A stretch of 64,000 bases of DNA from Callorhinchus milii (GCF_018977255.1 NW_024704743.1:86368001-86432000); one strand, 5' to 3'; positions 13,541-27,039 are shown, counted from the first letter of the stretch. Numbers and translations are program-made. Notes: generated from the sequence alone by a model not told the origin.

Positions 13541-14017
13541 ATTATTATAACATTATTAATATATTAAAAACGGAAAATGCCGCCTTCTTGAAAACTACCC
13601 CAAAATAATAAATGGGTGCAATGTTTTTACTTCAACCCATGACCTATAAAACAAGGTGAAGGTAATACAGTTGCATAAGTGGAACTTAATCAGCAATATT
13701 GTGGCATATCTGAAAGGAACATTATTACCCTGTGAGCTTTTAAGTAAAATAATATTGCCTCCTGCTTCTTTGATGCGATCTTCCAGATGGGAAAGTCTTC
13801 TCTGGGTGGGAGAGAGTGCACATTTCATACTTTGTTGTAGGATATTGACCTAAAACTAATTTTGAAACTAATAAATATTTCATAGTGAAAAAAATATTCA
13901 AATGATGGGGATTCCAAAACCTCAGCCAATGCTCAATTTTTTTAAAAAAAGCAGAGAAATTGACTATGAGAAGCCTGAGGGACACTAAATTCTTCCAAAG
14001 TTAGGGAGCGGTTTGTC

Positions 14018-14295
14018 TTGCCTCGCAGGCGAGAGACCTGGGTTCGATTCCCAGCAGGGTGAAACATTGGGCAAGTTTTCTTATTCCACACGCCTGACAA
14101 TAATCCCTCAAGAAAAAAACATTAATAAATTGGTCAGTTCAATCCACGATTGTTTGTGGGACACTGCTGTGCGCAACTGGCGTTTTGCCCAGAAATATAC
14201 AGCAAATTCACTTTACAGTATATTCTGTGAAGCGCTTTGAAACATCTAGAAGATGTGAAAAGCGCGATATCAAATGCAAGGATTATTATCATTAT
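14018..14295 (+). mobile_element. Young tRNA-SINE, short variant, slightly 5'-truncated
   Basis: gagagacctgggttcgattcc...gtgaagcgctttgaaacatctagaagatgtgaaaagcg. Confidence 0.88.
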
Positions 14296-14347
14296 AAACA
14301 TTAGATTTTAAAGAACATATTTAGAATTTCAATCTCAATATGCATTA

Positions 14348-14520
14348 CAATACAAATTTACATTTATATAATACCTTTCATGCCAAAAGGATATCCCAAA
14401 GCTCTTGATACTGCTGGCTGGGCCCCTGAGCTGGGGGTGGGAGCCGAGGGGGATGGGGAGGCAAAAGATCAGAAAACATGGTCACAAAATATTTTTGAGA
14501 TGGACCTTGAAAGGGTAAGG
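14348..14520 (-). mobile_element. Degenerate L2 tail
   Basis: aaatttacatttatataatacctttcatgccaaaaggatatcccaaagc. Confidence 0.55.
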
Positions 14521-14562
14521 GATATCATTACTTATTTATTGCTGGTGATAATTGCTGGACTT

Positions 14563-14950
14563 GGGAGTCCTGTAACTCAGTGGCACTCTGAGCTACAGAG
14601 TGCCTCTGAGCTATAGGAACACTCGCCTCAAAGTGTCAGACCTGGGTTTGATTCCTGGCAGGGCGAAACATTGGGCAAGTTTCCTTACGCCACACATTTC
14701 TGTTTACCTAGCAGTAAGTCAGAACCTGGTTGTCAGTTGATTGGCAGATCACTTTTCCAGAGGTAATAATTTCTTTTTTAAAAAAAGTGGCCTGTGTGCC
14801 ACTGCACCAGTGTAATGTAAATAATAAATAAAAAAATAATTTGGTCACTTAATCCGCAACTGTTTGTGGGACACTGCTCCGTGCAATTGGCTGCTGCGTT
14901 TCACCCACAAAATACACAGTAAATTCACTTTACAGTATATTCTGTGAAGC
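14563..14950 (+). mobile_element. tRNA-SINE, long variant, 3'-truncated
   Basis: ggagtcctgtaactcagtgg head; internal tctgtttacctagcagtaagt segment. Confidence 0.85.
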
Positions 14951-15051
14951 CTATATATGTTATATATTAATATATAATTATGATTCCATCTTTGGTGCTG
15001 CTTTGAATTATGCTTCTTTTATTACCGTTGCAAAGATCTTCCTATCTTGTT

Positions 15052-15539
15052 AACTATTACTCCCACCCTCGCTCGCCTCCACTGGCTCCCCATCCCCCAG
15101 AGGATCGAATTCAAGATCCTCATCCTCACCTACAAGGCCATTCACGGCTTTGCTCCCTTCTACCTCTCCGACCTACTATCCCCCTACTTACCTGCCCGTA
15201 CCGTCCGTTCCTCTGGCTCCGGTCTGCTCCACATCCCCCGCCCTAACCGCCCTACCACCTTGGCTGGGCCTTCAGACTCTCAGCCCCTAGGCTCTGGAAC
15301 TCCATCCCCCAGTGCCTTCGCCTTGCTTCCTCCCTTTCCTCCTTCAAGGCCGGTCTCAAGACCTTTCTCTTCGACCATGCCTTCAGCTTCCCTCTCGACT
15401 CTCTGTCCCCTCCTCGCTCCCTCCCTTCCCTCACCCTGACCATTTCCCCCCTGCTCGGGTCCCGACCCAACGGTCCAGTGGCTTGGGACGTCCTCCTGAT
15501 GTGAAAGGTGCTCTATAAATGAAATCTTGTTGTTGTTGT
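15052..15539 (+). mobile_element. Young L2 LINE 3' fragment
   Basis: ORF ITPTLARLHWLPIPQRIEFKILILTYKAIHG...; 3' UTR and (ttg)n tail. Confidence 0.92.
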
Positions 15540-16909
15540 ATTATGTTAACACTATGGTTATTCTCCTTTTTGTTGGTAAATTTGTCAGAATGCACATATA
15601 GTCTAGAGAAATCAGTTCATAAATGCACACCAACGCATGTTGAATTCACTGCCAAATGCAGAATAATACTTACTTGGTGCCAAAGCTCAATGGATTTACT
15701 GAAGAAAACAGAGAATAACCTCACTGTGACTATGACAGTTCCCGAATTGCTGAACATTGTTCCAAGGAAATATATTGTGTGTTTTTTTAATTGATGGCTA
15801 AAAAATCAATTTGTTGTCAAAAACTAAGAAATCTGCTCTCTTTCTGGCTGAAATTGAAAGTTGGGAGACGTGGGTGTCATGGCAATAAGCAACACAATAA
15901 AAATAAAATTGATTGTGCTCTGTCCCCAGAATAAACATGCCATATTTTCCAGAAGACTATTCACTCTTCTCTGGAGTGAACATTTCCCTTCACCACAAAA
16001 GCCACATTTTTACCTCCCTAATTGCTTCTTTGGCACCAATTTGTAGTGAAATGTTGGTAGCTGTGTACTGTGTACTCTCACCAACTAGGTGAAAATTCCC
16101 ATGCTTATTTTACATAAAAGATCTTTCCACTGCCAGAGGTAGGGTAATTTTATCCTGATATGCTGCAAGTGGTTTTGACTTTGCGTCACAAGATTAAAGA
16201 ACAGTGTCCTGACTAACTATACCACTCAGTCTCCACAGATCATTTAGTTTTTCACTAGGCTAATGAGAAATGTTTTCTTCTATTATACTTAGGGGAAGCT
16301 CCAGTGTAGGAACAAACATAAGCTAAAGAAGCCCACAAGGGAAAATGATTCCTTCTGTTGCCAATTAGTAACTTTGATGATGTACAAGTAGAATAGGTAA
16401 TTCTGTAATATCTCTACACTTAAGAATAAAGGGTAACTTCACCAATTAGATATGTTGACCAGAAAAAAGGGAGCAAGATTGAGTTCTTATACTAACTTGA
16501 GATAAAGAACAGAATTGGTTATTTAAGGCGCACTGTGCGCAGGGATGCTGAGTTTGTTCTTAAGGGGGTGTAACTCAATCCTAACGAAAAAATATTTCAT
16601 GCAGGGTTAAGGTCTCTGTTTAGCAGATGAGGGATTCATCTCTTAACAGAAACATAAACTGTTATTTTTGTCAGGACAAATGAAGGATTGTTCCTCCACA
16701 CACGTAATTTTAAGTAGGAATAAATTAAACAAAGTTAAACCGGGCTGAGAGTAGCAATTCCATTTTTAAATAATCCAATCTATGAGATGGTTAAATGTAA
16801 AAGATGTCCCCACTCACGTCAAGGCTCCATTCTCTGGTAAATGTGTAAAAACAGATCCTTTTGTGTTATTAAACCTTGACTATATTTTTTTATTAGTTAT
16901 GTTTGTCTC

Positions 16910-17050
16910 TGCCACTCCACTCCATTGCTCTTTAAAAGCATATCTCAAAATGTACCTCTTTGACCATGATTTTGGTCATCTTTCCCTCTCTTCCCCCCTC
17001 TTGATCCCACCCCAGCTCAGATGTCCATCTACAAAGCACTCTGAGATGTC
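16910..17050 (+). mobile_element. Degenerate L2 3' fragment cut by the inverted duplication
   Basis: LKAYLKMYLFDHDF motif; tail stops at aagcactctgagatgtc. Confidence 0.6.
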
Positions 17051-17734
17051 ACCATTTGATAATATTCATTTAAACCCACAAGCTATTAATTGAACCTCTT
17101 TAAACTAACTTGCATTCACTGTGCCGATCTTCACTCTTTTTTAAGACTTGTTTTTTTTGGTCACATGTAATAGTATAGCACTGAGAGCGGTGACTTTATT
17201 ATGTTGCACACTATTATATTTGACACATTCATTAATCATAAATGAAGGGTTACATTCTTTCACTGATCATAATCATAGTGATGTTGTGATTTATTCCTGC
17301 TGGTGTTCAATAAAGGTTTCATCAATGAAAAACTAATTTTCACTATATTGCAAATCTTGTTGATTTATTTATTTTATTGTGATGTAACTTACATGGTTTG
17401 TAAATTAGCTTTCCTTGGTGTCCCCACTCAGTTTCTCAGCTAAAGACACAGGAAAGCTACAGTAGAATGAATCTCAGAGAAGACAAATGTGATTATAGAA
17501 CAGTCCAGGATGATACTCCAGTGCAGTGCACTACATTGTCAGAGGTGATGTTCTTTAGGTAAACTGAAGTCTTGTTTTCCTCTTCAGCTGGATGTTAAAG
17601 ATCCCATGGCACTATTCAAAAAGAGATGACAGTTTCTCCCAGTTATTATTAAGCAGCAAACAGTGAACTCGAGCATGAGGTAGGGTGGAGTGGGGGAGGG
17701 GAGAAAGGTACCAGAGTCAGAGTGACAGTGAAAG
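17046..17734. repeat. Left arm of a long inverted duplication (partner 25127-26091)
   Basis: Reverse complement of 25482-26091 and 25127-25222, roughly 90% identical by eye. Confidence 0.9.
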
Positions 17735-17941
17735 ATGGGATTTAGACTTGGGCCATTCAAATGGGAGTTTACCAATCTTCACCATTACACAGGGCTATCA
17801 TAGGATAAATAGTAATGGATGGTTACACAATATTTAAAAGGGTTTCAAAAACAGATTTTAGAATAATCACATTAGGAATTAAAGGGAAGGTTAGAAGAAA
17901 TAGTCTTAGCTGGACAAGCAGCGAGAAAGCTTGCCAGATAG

Positions 17942-18692
17942 TGTTCTTATGGAAAACTATGTTGTTTTAGCTGTTTAAATCTCACTTACAACGCATACTC
18001 TGGGCCCCCAAGCCTTGACTCATGTAAACCTGTATCTAACACTGTCTGGAACTAGGTGAGCAGGAGGCATCCCTCCTGGGGAGCAAGTGCACATTCCATT
18101 CCAAACACAGGAATCTCCATGTGGAGGGGACATGAATGGAGCTCTAAGTCTGGTTTGGAATACTTTTAAGCACAGTGATAGATTTCCGCATGTGTCAGAC
18201 ACTTTGTTGAACCAAAAAAAACAAATCAAGGTACATTCATATAGCACCTTTCTTGTCAGCAAGACAATCCAAAAAGTTAGGTCTTATGAAAAGCTTCAAG
18301 GAAAGGGTGCCACACCCCATAAATCTTAGGCCCAAAGATCTCATTTCCATGCTGTATTTATTGATTCTTATTGTGTAGAAGCAAAAAAAGTTCGGACACT
18401 GGATAGCTCAACCAATGTCCTGTGTAGCAGCATTTAAATGCAGGTTATAAAAGAGAATCAGGCCATGATCACTAAACTGTGAAAAACAATTCGGGGCCGG
18501 GGAGCACATCCCTGTCAGATCCGGCCCAGAAAATAGCAATTAAACCAAAAATAAACATAGCACTCTATCTAGAGCTTACAGCTTTTACACCAAATAGCCT
18601 CCAGTCAAAAACATGGTGCAGAGTCCAGAGTGTGTGTTGGGGGCGAAAGTGGAGTTTAAACAGCTAAAACAATCTAGTTTTCCGTAAGAACA
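17942..18692. mobile_element. MITE-like element with ~60-100 bp imperfect terminal inverted repeats
   Basis: tgttcttatggaaaactatgttgttttagctgtttaaa at the left end is the reverse complement of tttaaacagctaaaacaatctagttttccgtaagaaca at the right end. Confidence 0.6.
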
Positions 18693-19789
18693 GGTACTGG
18701 GATGGGGGGGGGGGGGGGGGGGCAATCTGGGGATCATTTAATGTATTGCACTATTTCGTGTGAACCTTTCAATGTTAAGTTTGTTCTAAACGCCATAAAT
18801 GTTAGCAATAATTAAGATGGTGTTATTTTTTGCCTGTGTTAAATTATCGACCACTGCAAATTTACACCAGTGTTTTAAAATGTAAGACTATAAAATCGGA
18901 AGGAATTTTGTTTCTCACAAAAGCAAGTACCAATATTCTCCATTTAGTACTCAAAATAGTGCTCACTGTGCATTACCATTATATTAAATGTATACAAATA
19001 AACTTGTGTTAGAATATAGTGAAAAATCGGTTCACCCTGGCAATTTGGGAAAGTTGAGCTTTTCGTATTATGAAGAAATGATTTATTTATTCTATATGAT
19101 GTGGAGATAAACATTTAAATCCTAGATTTAGAATTTAATATCAGGCCATGAAGATTTGACAGTGGTCAAGTCAACTAAGGAGAAAAAACCTGAGGCTTTT
19201 CTATTGCAAAAAGTGAGCGGAATCCTTTTCACAATATTTGCGTGACCTACATAACCGTTACAAGCCATATTATTTCTACTCATGTCTGTGAAATAGATCA
19301 CCAGTGCAGAAATGTCCTTGGCATGGTGACAGGTGGGAATAATGTTTCCTCCAGCATAAATCCAGCATAATAGCATAATTCCGTTAGAACTGGAATTAAT
19401 GAAGTCATACATGTAGTGTTGTACCCATCAATGATTCCCCTCCCAATTTTCCTCCATCTAAAGTTAGTGCCTCCTGTTAAGGTAGAAGTCCATAGGAGTG
19501 CCTCCAATCTCCCTGTTCATAAGCTTGGCTTTACTGAACTAGTAAGACTCTCGCCACTGGATTAGATGTTGGGATGTGGGCTCATTGTATAGACCTTTGG
19601 GGCCAACCGTTATGCCATGAACAAGAAATATTCAATCCCAAAAAAAAACAACTGAAAACACATGACGAATCGAATGTGGTCTTACCTAGACTCATGCAAA
19701 TGTTGGGGGGGGGGGGGGGGGGCGCTGCTTCACTGCCCTGGGAGCCACTTCCAGCCTGGAGGCCATAGGTTTGGCCACCATTAGTTGAA

Positions 19790-20070
19790 GCTAACACTAC
19801 TACATTACTGGGGAGTGCTGCATTATCAGAGGTGCTGTTTTGGGGGAATGAAATGCTCCTGACTACCTTTTCAGGTGGATGTAAAAGATGCCATGAAGCT
19901 TTTCAAAAAGAGAAGTGAGATTCTTCTGGTACCCTGTCCAACAATCCTCCAGATTAATTGATGATGATTGCTGGTTGGACCTTTCTTATGCAAATGCTTA
20001 CACTGTTTGTCTGCACAAAACAGTCACTACGTTTGTGAAGCACTGTGAGATGTTTTGAAATGCAATTTCT
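19790..20070 (+). mobile_element. Old SacSINE1-like SINE
   Basis: ggagtgctgcattatcagaggtgctg...caggtggatgtaaaagatgccatg. Confidence 0.7.
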
Positions 20071-20127
20071 GAACAATTGATTTCCACATTGGAAGCATTA
20101 TAACTGAATCCATTGATGTCTGCATCT

Positions 20128-20164
20128 CACACACACACACACACACACACACAGATACACACAT
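20128..20164. repeat. (CA)n microsatellite
   Basis: Directly visible. Confidence 0.95.
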
Positions 20165-21069
20165 AAATGGATTTCCAACAAACATCATTATTGTTAGAGT
20201 GCTGTATAAATGCAAGTTGTTGTTGTCGTTATTTGTTTATTATTAATCTTTCCATCATTATTTTCTGTTGCCTCTAATCTTCCCCTCCGTTAGCAAATAA
20301 TAAAGCAAGATCTCCTGAAAACAAAAGTGACATTAAAGAACGGAAATGAGCAAAATTTTCTTACGTCCACTTTCGTTTGGGTGAATGCTCAGAACTTATG
20401 TATATCCAATTTTCATATCTTTCCTTCCTTGGCTCTTGTTGCAGAAATCTCCCCTTTCATTCAAAATTGTTTAACTAGCCCTACATTCACTGCGATATTT
20501 CACAGTTTTGACAAACCACATGAGTATTTGACCTGTCTGTGAATATTTATGCCGTTGGTCACTTATTCCCATTCATCTGAAACATCAATCAATGTTCGTA
20601 CTAATGCACTTCACACAATTTCAGATTCACACATTTTGAAACTGGGGTGTATGTGGAAGAGGGCATGTGTGGGGGGAATTTACATGATGTGATGTGCTAA
20701 TTATTACAAAGTACAGAATTTGCAGTTTGTTTTTGTCTTGTACATAACGACTGGTTTTGGGCTGAATTCCGACTTCCAGAGAATAATCTTTCCATCCCAG
20801 GCCTTTCCAGAACTGGACCTCTGCCATCTTGAATTTGGAACATGCCAACACATTTATTTTAATCCTGTTCAGGAAAATAACTTATAAATGTTTTCCTTTC
20901 AGAATTATTTTTAGGCCATTATTAGGTGAAGAGATGCAAACTTTACTCGCCTCCTTCACCTCTCTCCCGCGCTCTGAAGTTTGGCCCAGCTTCAGATTCA
21001 TAGCTAACACATGGTTATGTCTCCCTCGTTCTATAAGTGAATACTCTTTAGGAAGCCAAAATAGGATTT

Positions 21070-21610
21070 ACAAAGATTTACAAAGAATGTACAGTATGGA
21101 AATAGGCCACTCGGCACAACCAGACCATGCCATTGTTTATTTACACGAGTCTCCATCCATTCCTTACTCCATCCCATACCCTTCTATTCCTCTCTCCCTC
21201 GTGTGCGGGTCTAGCTTTCTCTTGAATGTATCTATATTTTCTGATTCAATCACCGCTTCAGGCAGAGTTCCACAATCTCACTACCTTTTGCATGAAGTAG
21301 ATCTTCCTAAATTCTCTTTTAGATATTTGTGTCCCATGGTTACGGATTCCACAACCAGTAAAAACAGCCAATACTAACCTAATGAACCCTTTTAACTTTT
21401 AAACACCTGTATTAGGTCACCTTGAAGATGTTTTTTCTCTAGCAAAAAAAGGCCTGACCTATCCAGTCTACTTTGATTCCCTGATAACCTACCAGCTTTG
21501 GTACCATCTAGGTAAAACTATGCTGTATTCTTTCCATTTTCTATCTTTCCACAATATAATTCTTATAGTGTGGGGATAAATACTCCAAATGTGGTCTGAC
21601 CCAGTGCAAA
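21070..21610 (-). mobile_element. CR1 LINE 3' fragment
   Basis: atgtacagtatggaaataggccactcggc 3' end; tactccaaatgtggtct ORF2 remnant. Confidence 0.75.
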
Positions 21611-22529
21611 TTTGAAAATTAATTTATTTACTTTATGAATTGGCCGTGATATTAACATCCAACTAGATTAGTTTGGTCTGAGAGGGATAATGTGGTGGAA
21701 TCTCTGCTCCTGTAAGCAATGCTTATTGCTGCAATGATACAAAGCTCAAAGAAGTAGTAACAATCTATAATACATTACCTGGTATTTGGAGCCTGATAAA
21801 TAGGAGGATACTTCAAATTGTCCAGTGGTTTACATCTCTATTAAACATCTGTCAGCATTGCCTTTAAGATCAATATGTCCCAGTTGTTTGGTTATTAAAT
21901 TAACATTGACTCCTAAGATATGTTCCAGTTCGCTGAATTTGTTTTCAGTTAGAAAATGTTTGTCAAAGACTTTGATTTTTTTATTTATCAAGAGTTTCAC
22001 CATTGTTTGGACATTTCACATAGAACATAAATCTGAATTACTGTACATTTGAGTTTCCTAGTACATCTGGACTGGTACCCTTGTGTGAAATTAGCAAAAC
22101 AAATACCTGAATAAGCAGAACTGATGTTCATTTATGCTGATGTTCACTTTTTAATACCAGTGACTCATGTTTCACAAAGATTTACATTTCACAAACTATT
22201 ACTCTCTGGTGTGTATTCTCAACTTAAAACATTTTTTCATGTTTTAATTTTGTTTCTGTGCTTATGGACATATTTTATTCCAAAGCGAGAGAAAAATCAT
22301 GACTCAATACAAGTAAAAGCAAGGTAGTGCATTTACGAAATAAGAATACAAAGCACATGCACTCCATGGGTGAAACTCACTGAGGGTGAAACTAAAATAG
22401 ATCCAGTGGAGTCAGATTGCTCATCTCTCGCCATGTCAAAGGTGTGAGGTAGGAATAGACACCACAAACAGAATGCTGGGATATATTGCCAAATGAGTTG
22501 AGTTCAACTTCTCGGGGTCATACTCTATC

Positions 22530-23432
22530 TGTGTTGTGATCTGGAATAATGATCGGCTCACCATGTTACAAGGGCATTGTCCAGGCTCTAGAGGCAATGC
22601 AGAAAAGAACAATGAGGATGACGCCCAATGTTTCAGAAATGGGCTATGAGCAATGATAAGAGAAGTTAGGGTGTTTCAGTCTTGAAAATAGATATCTCAG
22701 AAAGGACCTCATAGAGGTGTATAAGATTTTAAATGAGATTGAGTGAACCCAAAACAATACTTCGATGTATCGAAACAGCATAAGAAGAGAACAGAGGTTT
22801 AGGGTTCCGAAGGGAATTTCAGGACAAGATGTGTAACTCCTGGTATAACAAAAGTGTGTGACAAACTTTTCTAACTGAAAACAAATTCAGCAAACTGGAA
22901 CACATCTTTGGAATCATATTAATTTTAGTAGCCAAATCATTCTTTACCCAGAGGGTAATTAATGACTGGAACATGTTTCCAAGAAAGGTGGTTGAGACTA
23001 GGACACTGGATTGATTTAAAAAACAAATTACGATAGGAGTGGTTCTCAAGCAAAATGTTTTGATGGCCTTAGTGTGCAATGACCAACACTTACTGACATT
23101 GCAACCTTAAGCTTTCAATCAAATTTGCAACACTTGAGATGATTATTGTAATCTATGTGAATAAGGGATCAGAATTGTTGGTACAGTTGTAATTGGCTTA
23201 GCTGTTAAGAGTAATTATTTGAACAAACTTGTAACTGCTACTGTGTATGTGTGTTTATGCGTGGGGGGTGGGGGCTGGGAAACTGCTATGACCGCACAAA
23301 ATCACCCAGTGGCCGCATGCGACCAGGGAAGCTGGATTTCAGAAACACAGGAAGACAGTAGGATCGGTCTTGTGTAGGGATGAGATCTAATGGATTGAAG
23401 GGTGTTCTTCATCTGAATTAATCTTGTGAACC
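22530..23432 (+). mobile_element. CR1 LINE 3' fragment, interrupted
   Basis: ctagaggcaatgcagaaaaga..., ttctttacccagagggt, and 3' end taatggattgaagggtgttcttcatctgaattaatcttgtga. Confidence 0.7.
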
Positions 23433-24559
23433 AAAAAGGCAACATATTTGTTAAACTCCTAAATATGTTCTCCTTTGACCTGTCCCCAGTGTACTATATT
23501 CAAGATAACCACATAGTTTGCCATCTGGCAAGTAAATTGAGACCTGTGCCACAGTGTTTTATTGAATTCTAATTTGACTGGGTTAAACTGACGCAAAAAT
23601 CATTTGTTTTTCCTGTCAAATTTATTGTATTGTATTTGGAAAACAGCCTTGTTGGCTGGGCACAGAAATTCTATGATAGCTTTGGCAGACGTGCTTGTAA
23701 CTTAAGTTTCCCCTACCCTCCATTGAGCTACAGTACATATACTACTGAAGTGGGACAAAGGCATTTTACTGGGATCACTACAAAATTAATACAAACATAT
23801 TAAGGATAATTTAACCCATTAAAGATTAGTAAATCCAATTATTTTGATTCAAAATTACACTAAGCAATGAAAAACAATATTAGATCCAGAGCTTCACTTC
23901 TCCTAACCCCATCTTATCAAATACTACAACAAGCTAAATCTACCACCACCATGAATAAATGATTGAGAACTCAAAAGTGTGAAAGAGTCTGGGGAAATAA
24001 AGGAAAATTGGAATTGCAGTAGTTAGATCTAGTGGAGGAGCTGGCAACAGTGTAGATTCAATGGATTATCTTGTGCTGTAATTTCATGATTGTATCTTGC
24101 ACAGTACAGAACCACACTGTTATAAGGCGCCTTCCTGGAGTATGAGTCCTGTGGCTCCATTGTTACCAGAGTTTCACACACTTCTAGCTTATGGACTGGC
24201 TGACTTCCTGTACATGTGACACTTCCACTGGAAAAGAATTGCACCTCCCTTAGAATACCTAAGCAAATTGAACTGGCACCAACAAAGACAACCTAAACTG
24301 GTTTTAACTCATTGTATGTGTTCTGAAATTTTGATCCCAGTTTCCTTTAAGTCAAGTTTTATTAATCATCAAAGGTCTACCCTCAACAGCCTGTAATCTG
24401 CCTTGATAATGAGGATTCACCCACAAACATGGCAAACTTTACAGATGGATGTCACAGATGTTGTTTCATTTCAAGAGGTTAAATACAAGGAGACAACCAA
24501 GACTAATGTTTCAACTCCAACAATAACAACAACAACTTGCATTTATATAGCGCCCTCCA

Positions 24560-24860
24560 CACCAGGAGGCGAACCAGAACACTTTATTATTATATTATTA
24601 TTATTAACTCCAATGTAGAATGAGTAGAGGCAGAACAGAAATCCCCCTCTCTTTTTCATACAGTACCACAAGATATTTAAGAACCATCTAAGCAGGCAGA
24701 TGGAACCTAGATTTAACGTCTCATCCAAAGAATGGCACTTCCTCTAGCACTGCACTGGAGTGTCAGACTAGAATATGAGTTCAAAATACTGATTTGGGCC
24801 CTAAACCAACAACCTCTGATTCAGAGGAGAGAATGTTATCAACTGGGCCAAGCTGACACA
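24560..24860 (-). mobile_element. Old SacSINE1-like SINE
   Basis: tttaacgtctcatccaaaga...gcactgcactggagtgtcag...ctctgattcagagg. Confidence 0.7.
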
Positions 24861-25126
24861 ATCAATGATCTTTGCATGGTTTATAAATAAATTAAATTTT
24901 ATCTCGCTATATATATATAACCAGTTTTAATTTGGGAGTGGTTTCCTCTTAAGAATGCTGAAAACCACCTTCCAAATCAAGACTAAAATTTTCTAAAATC
25001 CAGCACAATCTTATATTTTAATACACAAATGGTCTTTGGTCATTGATAAATAGTTCTGTATATCCTTTAAAATCAAAATCTATATAATTCCTTTTAAAAT
25101 ATTTTTGGACTATGCTTCAACAATGG

Positions 25127-26091
25127 CTTTCCCTGTCATTCTGACTCTCACCCCCTCCCCCCACTCCACCTGGCCTTATGCTCGAGTTCACCAGTGTCAC
25201 TTATTTGCTGTTTAACAATAATTCTTACATTTCATATTATGCCATTTACATCAGGAGGATGTCTCCAAGTTATTATAATAATAATCATTGCACTTTATAT
25301 AGCACCCTATCAAAGTGTCAACACATCTCAAAGTGTTTCACAACATTTTATTGTAAGGTGTAGTGACTCTATTTTTGTAAGTGAATGTGTGGCAGCCAAT
25401 TTGGTTTTGCACAGCAAAGTCCTACGAATGGCCATAAAGCGAATAACTATGTTTATCTTGAAGATTGTTAGCCAGGTCAATGGGAGAAACTCTTGTCTCA
25501 TTTTGAACAGTGCTATGGGATGTTTAATATCCAGCTGAAGAGGCAAACAAGACTTCAGTTTACCTAAAGAACATCACCTCTGACAATGTAGTGCACCCCC
25601 CAGCACTGCACTGGAGTATCATCCTGGACTGTTCTATAATCACATTTGTCTTCTCTGAGATTCATTCTACTGTAGCTGTCCTGTGTCTTTAGCTGAGAAA
25701 CTGAGTGGGGAAACCAAGGAAAGCTAATTTACAAACCATGTAAGTTACATGACAGTAAAACAAATAAATCAACAAGATTTGCAAAATAGTGAAAATTAGT
25801 TTTTCTTTCATGGAACCTTTATTAAACACCAGCAGGAATAAATCACAACATCACTATGACTATGATCAGTGAAAGAATGTAACACTTCATTTATGTAGTA
25901 CTGATTGATGAATGTATCAAATGTAATAGTGTGCAACATAATAAAGTCACCCCTGTCAGTCCTATACTATTACATGTGACCAAAAAAGACAAGTCTTAGT
26001 GAGTGAAGATCGGCACAGTGGATGCAAGTTGATCCAAAGAGGTTCAATTAATAGCTTGTGGGTTTAAATGAACATTACCAAATGGTCACAT
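25127..26091. repeat. Right arm of the long inverted duplication; contains a minus-strand old SINE (~25290-25640)
   Basis: Reverse complement of 17046-17734, plus ~260 bp (25222-25481) that is absent from the left arm. Confidence 0.9.
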
Positions 26092-27039
26092 AGGAATTAT
26101 AATTTAATGGATTTACATAACCTGATATAAGCATGACATTTTGACAATTTCAACTGAATTACCCTACGATTCACTGATTTTATAAATCCAATGTATGTAA
26201 AATGTATACTCCTTTTACTTTAACCAGTTTAGGGAGAGAGATGGTGGTGGGGGAGTGGGGTGGGGGGAGAAGTGCAGGGGGGAAGAAGGAAGCTGCCAGT
26301 GATTTGTGCTAGTGAAATGAATGCTGCTAGTGAAATGGATGCAAATTCTTCAAGTTAGGACAACCAAAAAGTAATATTTCTTAATGTTTAGCTGCCTCAT
26401 GTTATTCCTCTATCCCATTGATATCTGGTTACACATATGAGTAGATAACTTATTAAGTGTTCCTTGAGTTCTTTGAGCTATTGGTGGTCAGGAACCATGC
26501 AGTCCTCTGAAATGTTAACTATGTAACTTAACAGACTGTTGCTTTCATTTAATTAACTGAGTGTTTTTGGCAAATGTTTCTTGTGGAGAGTTTTTGAGAA
26601 CACTGTAACCTTACTTTGTTTCTTTTGCACTTCAAGCCTCAATGACCTAAAGAAGACAAGTCAGCAAGGCAGAGGTCAATTGCAGATACCACATATTCCA
26701 ATTCTTCTGTAGAATTTTGAATATGCAGAACCAACAAACATAATGTTTAAAAAGTCTCTGTCTCAAACATCGAATTGTGAATTGACACAAATGGATATAT
26801 TTTAAGAATATACTCTTAACCTTAGTTATAGGTTGAACAGATTGTGAATCTACAGTAGATTTCTTAGTCATTTCACTATCTTGTTATGTCCTACCATATG
26901 ATCTTAAGAGTGAGAAGACTTATTTATATATTCCCTAATCTTGCTGCTATTGACTGAAGGAGCAGGTAATGGCGGAGCTCCATTTCATTGTACTCAACTA
27001 CATCTTGAGTGTTGAATACTGACCTATATTTGTTAATGT

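Noticed and set aside
18704..18722. Long poly-G runs (also ~472 and ~19705)
   Set aside because: Simple homopolymers of uncertain assembled length; no evidence of function.
19128..19507. Overlapping minus-strand ORFs in unique sequence
   Set aside because: No recognisable protein similarity; consistent with chance.
20829..21377. 182-aa ORF
   Set aside because: More than half overlaps an antisense CR1 3' end; no recognisable domain.
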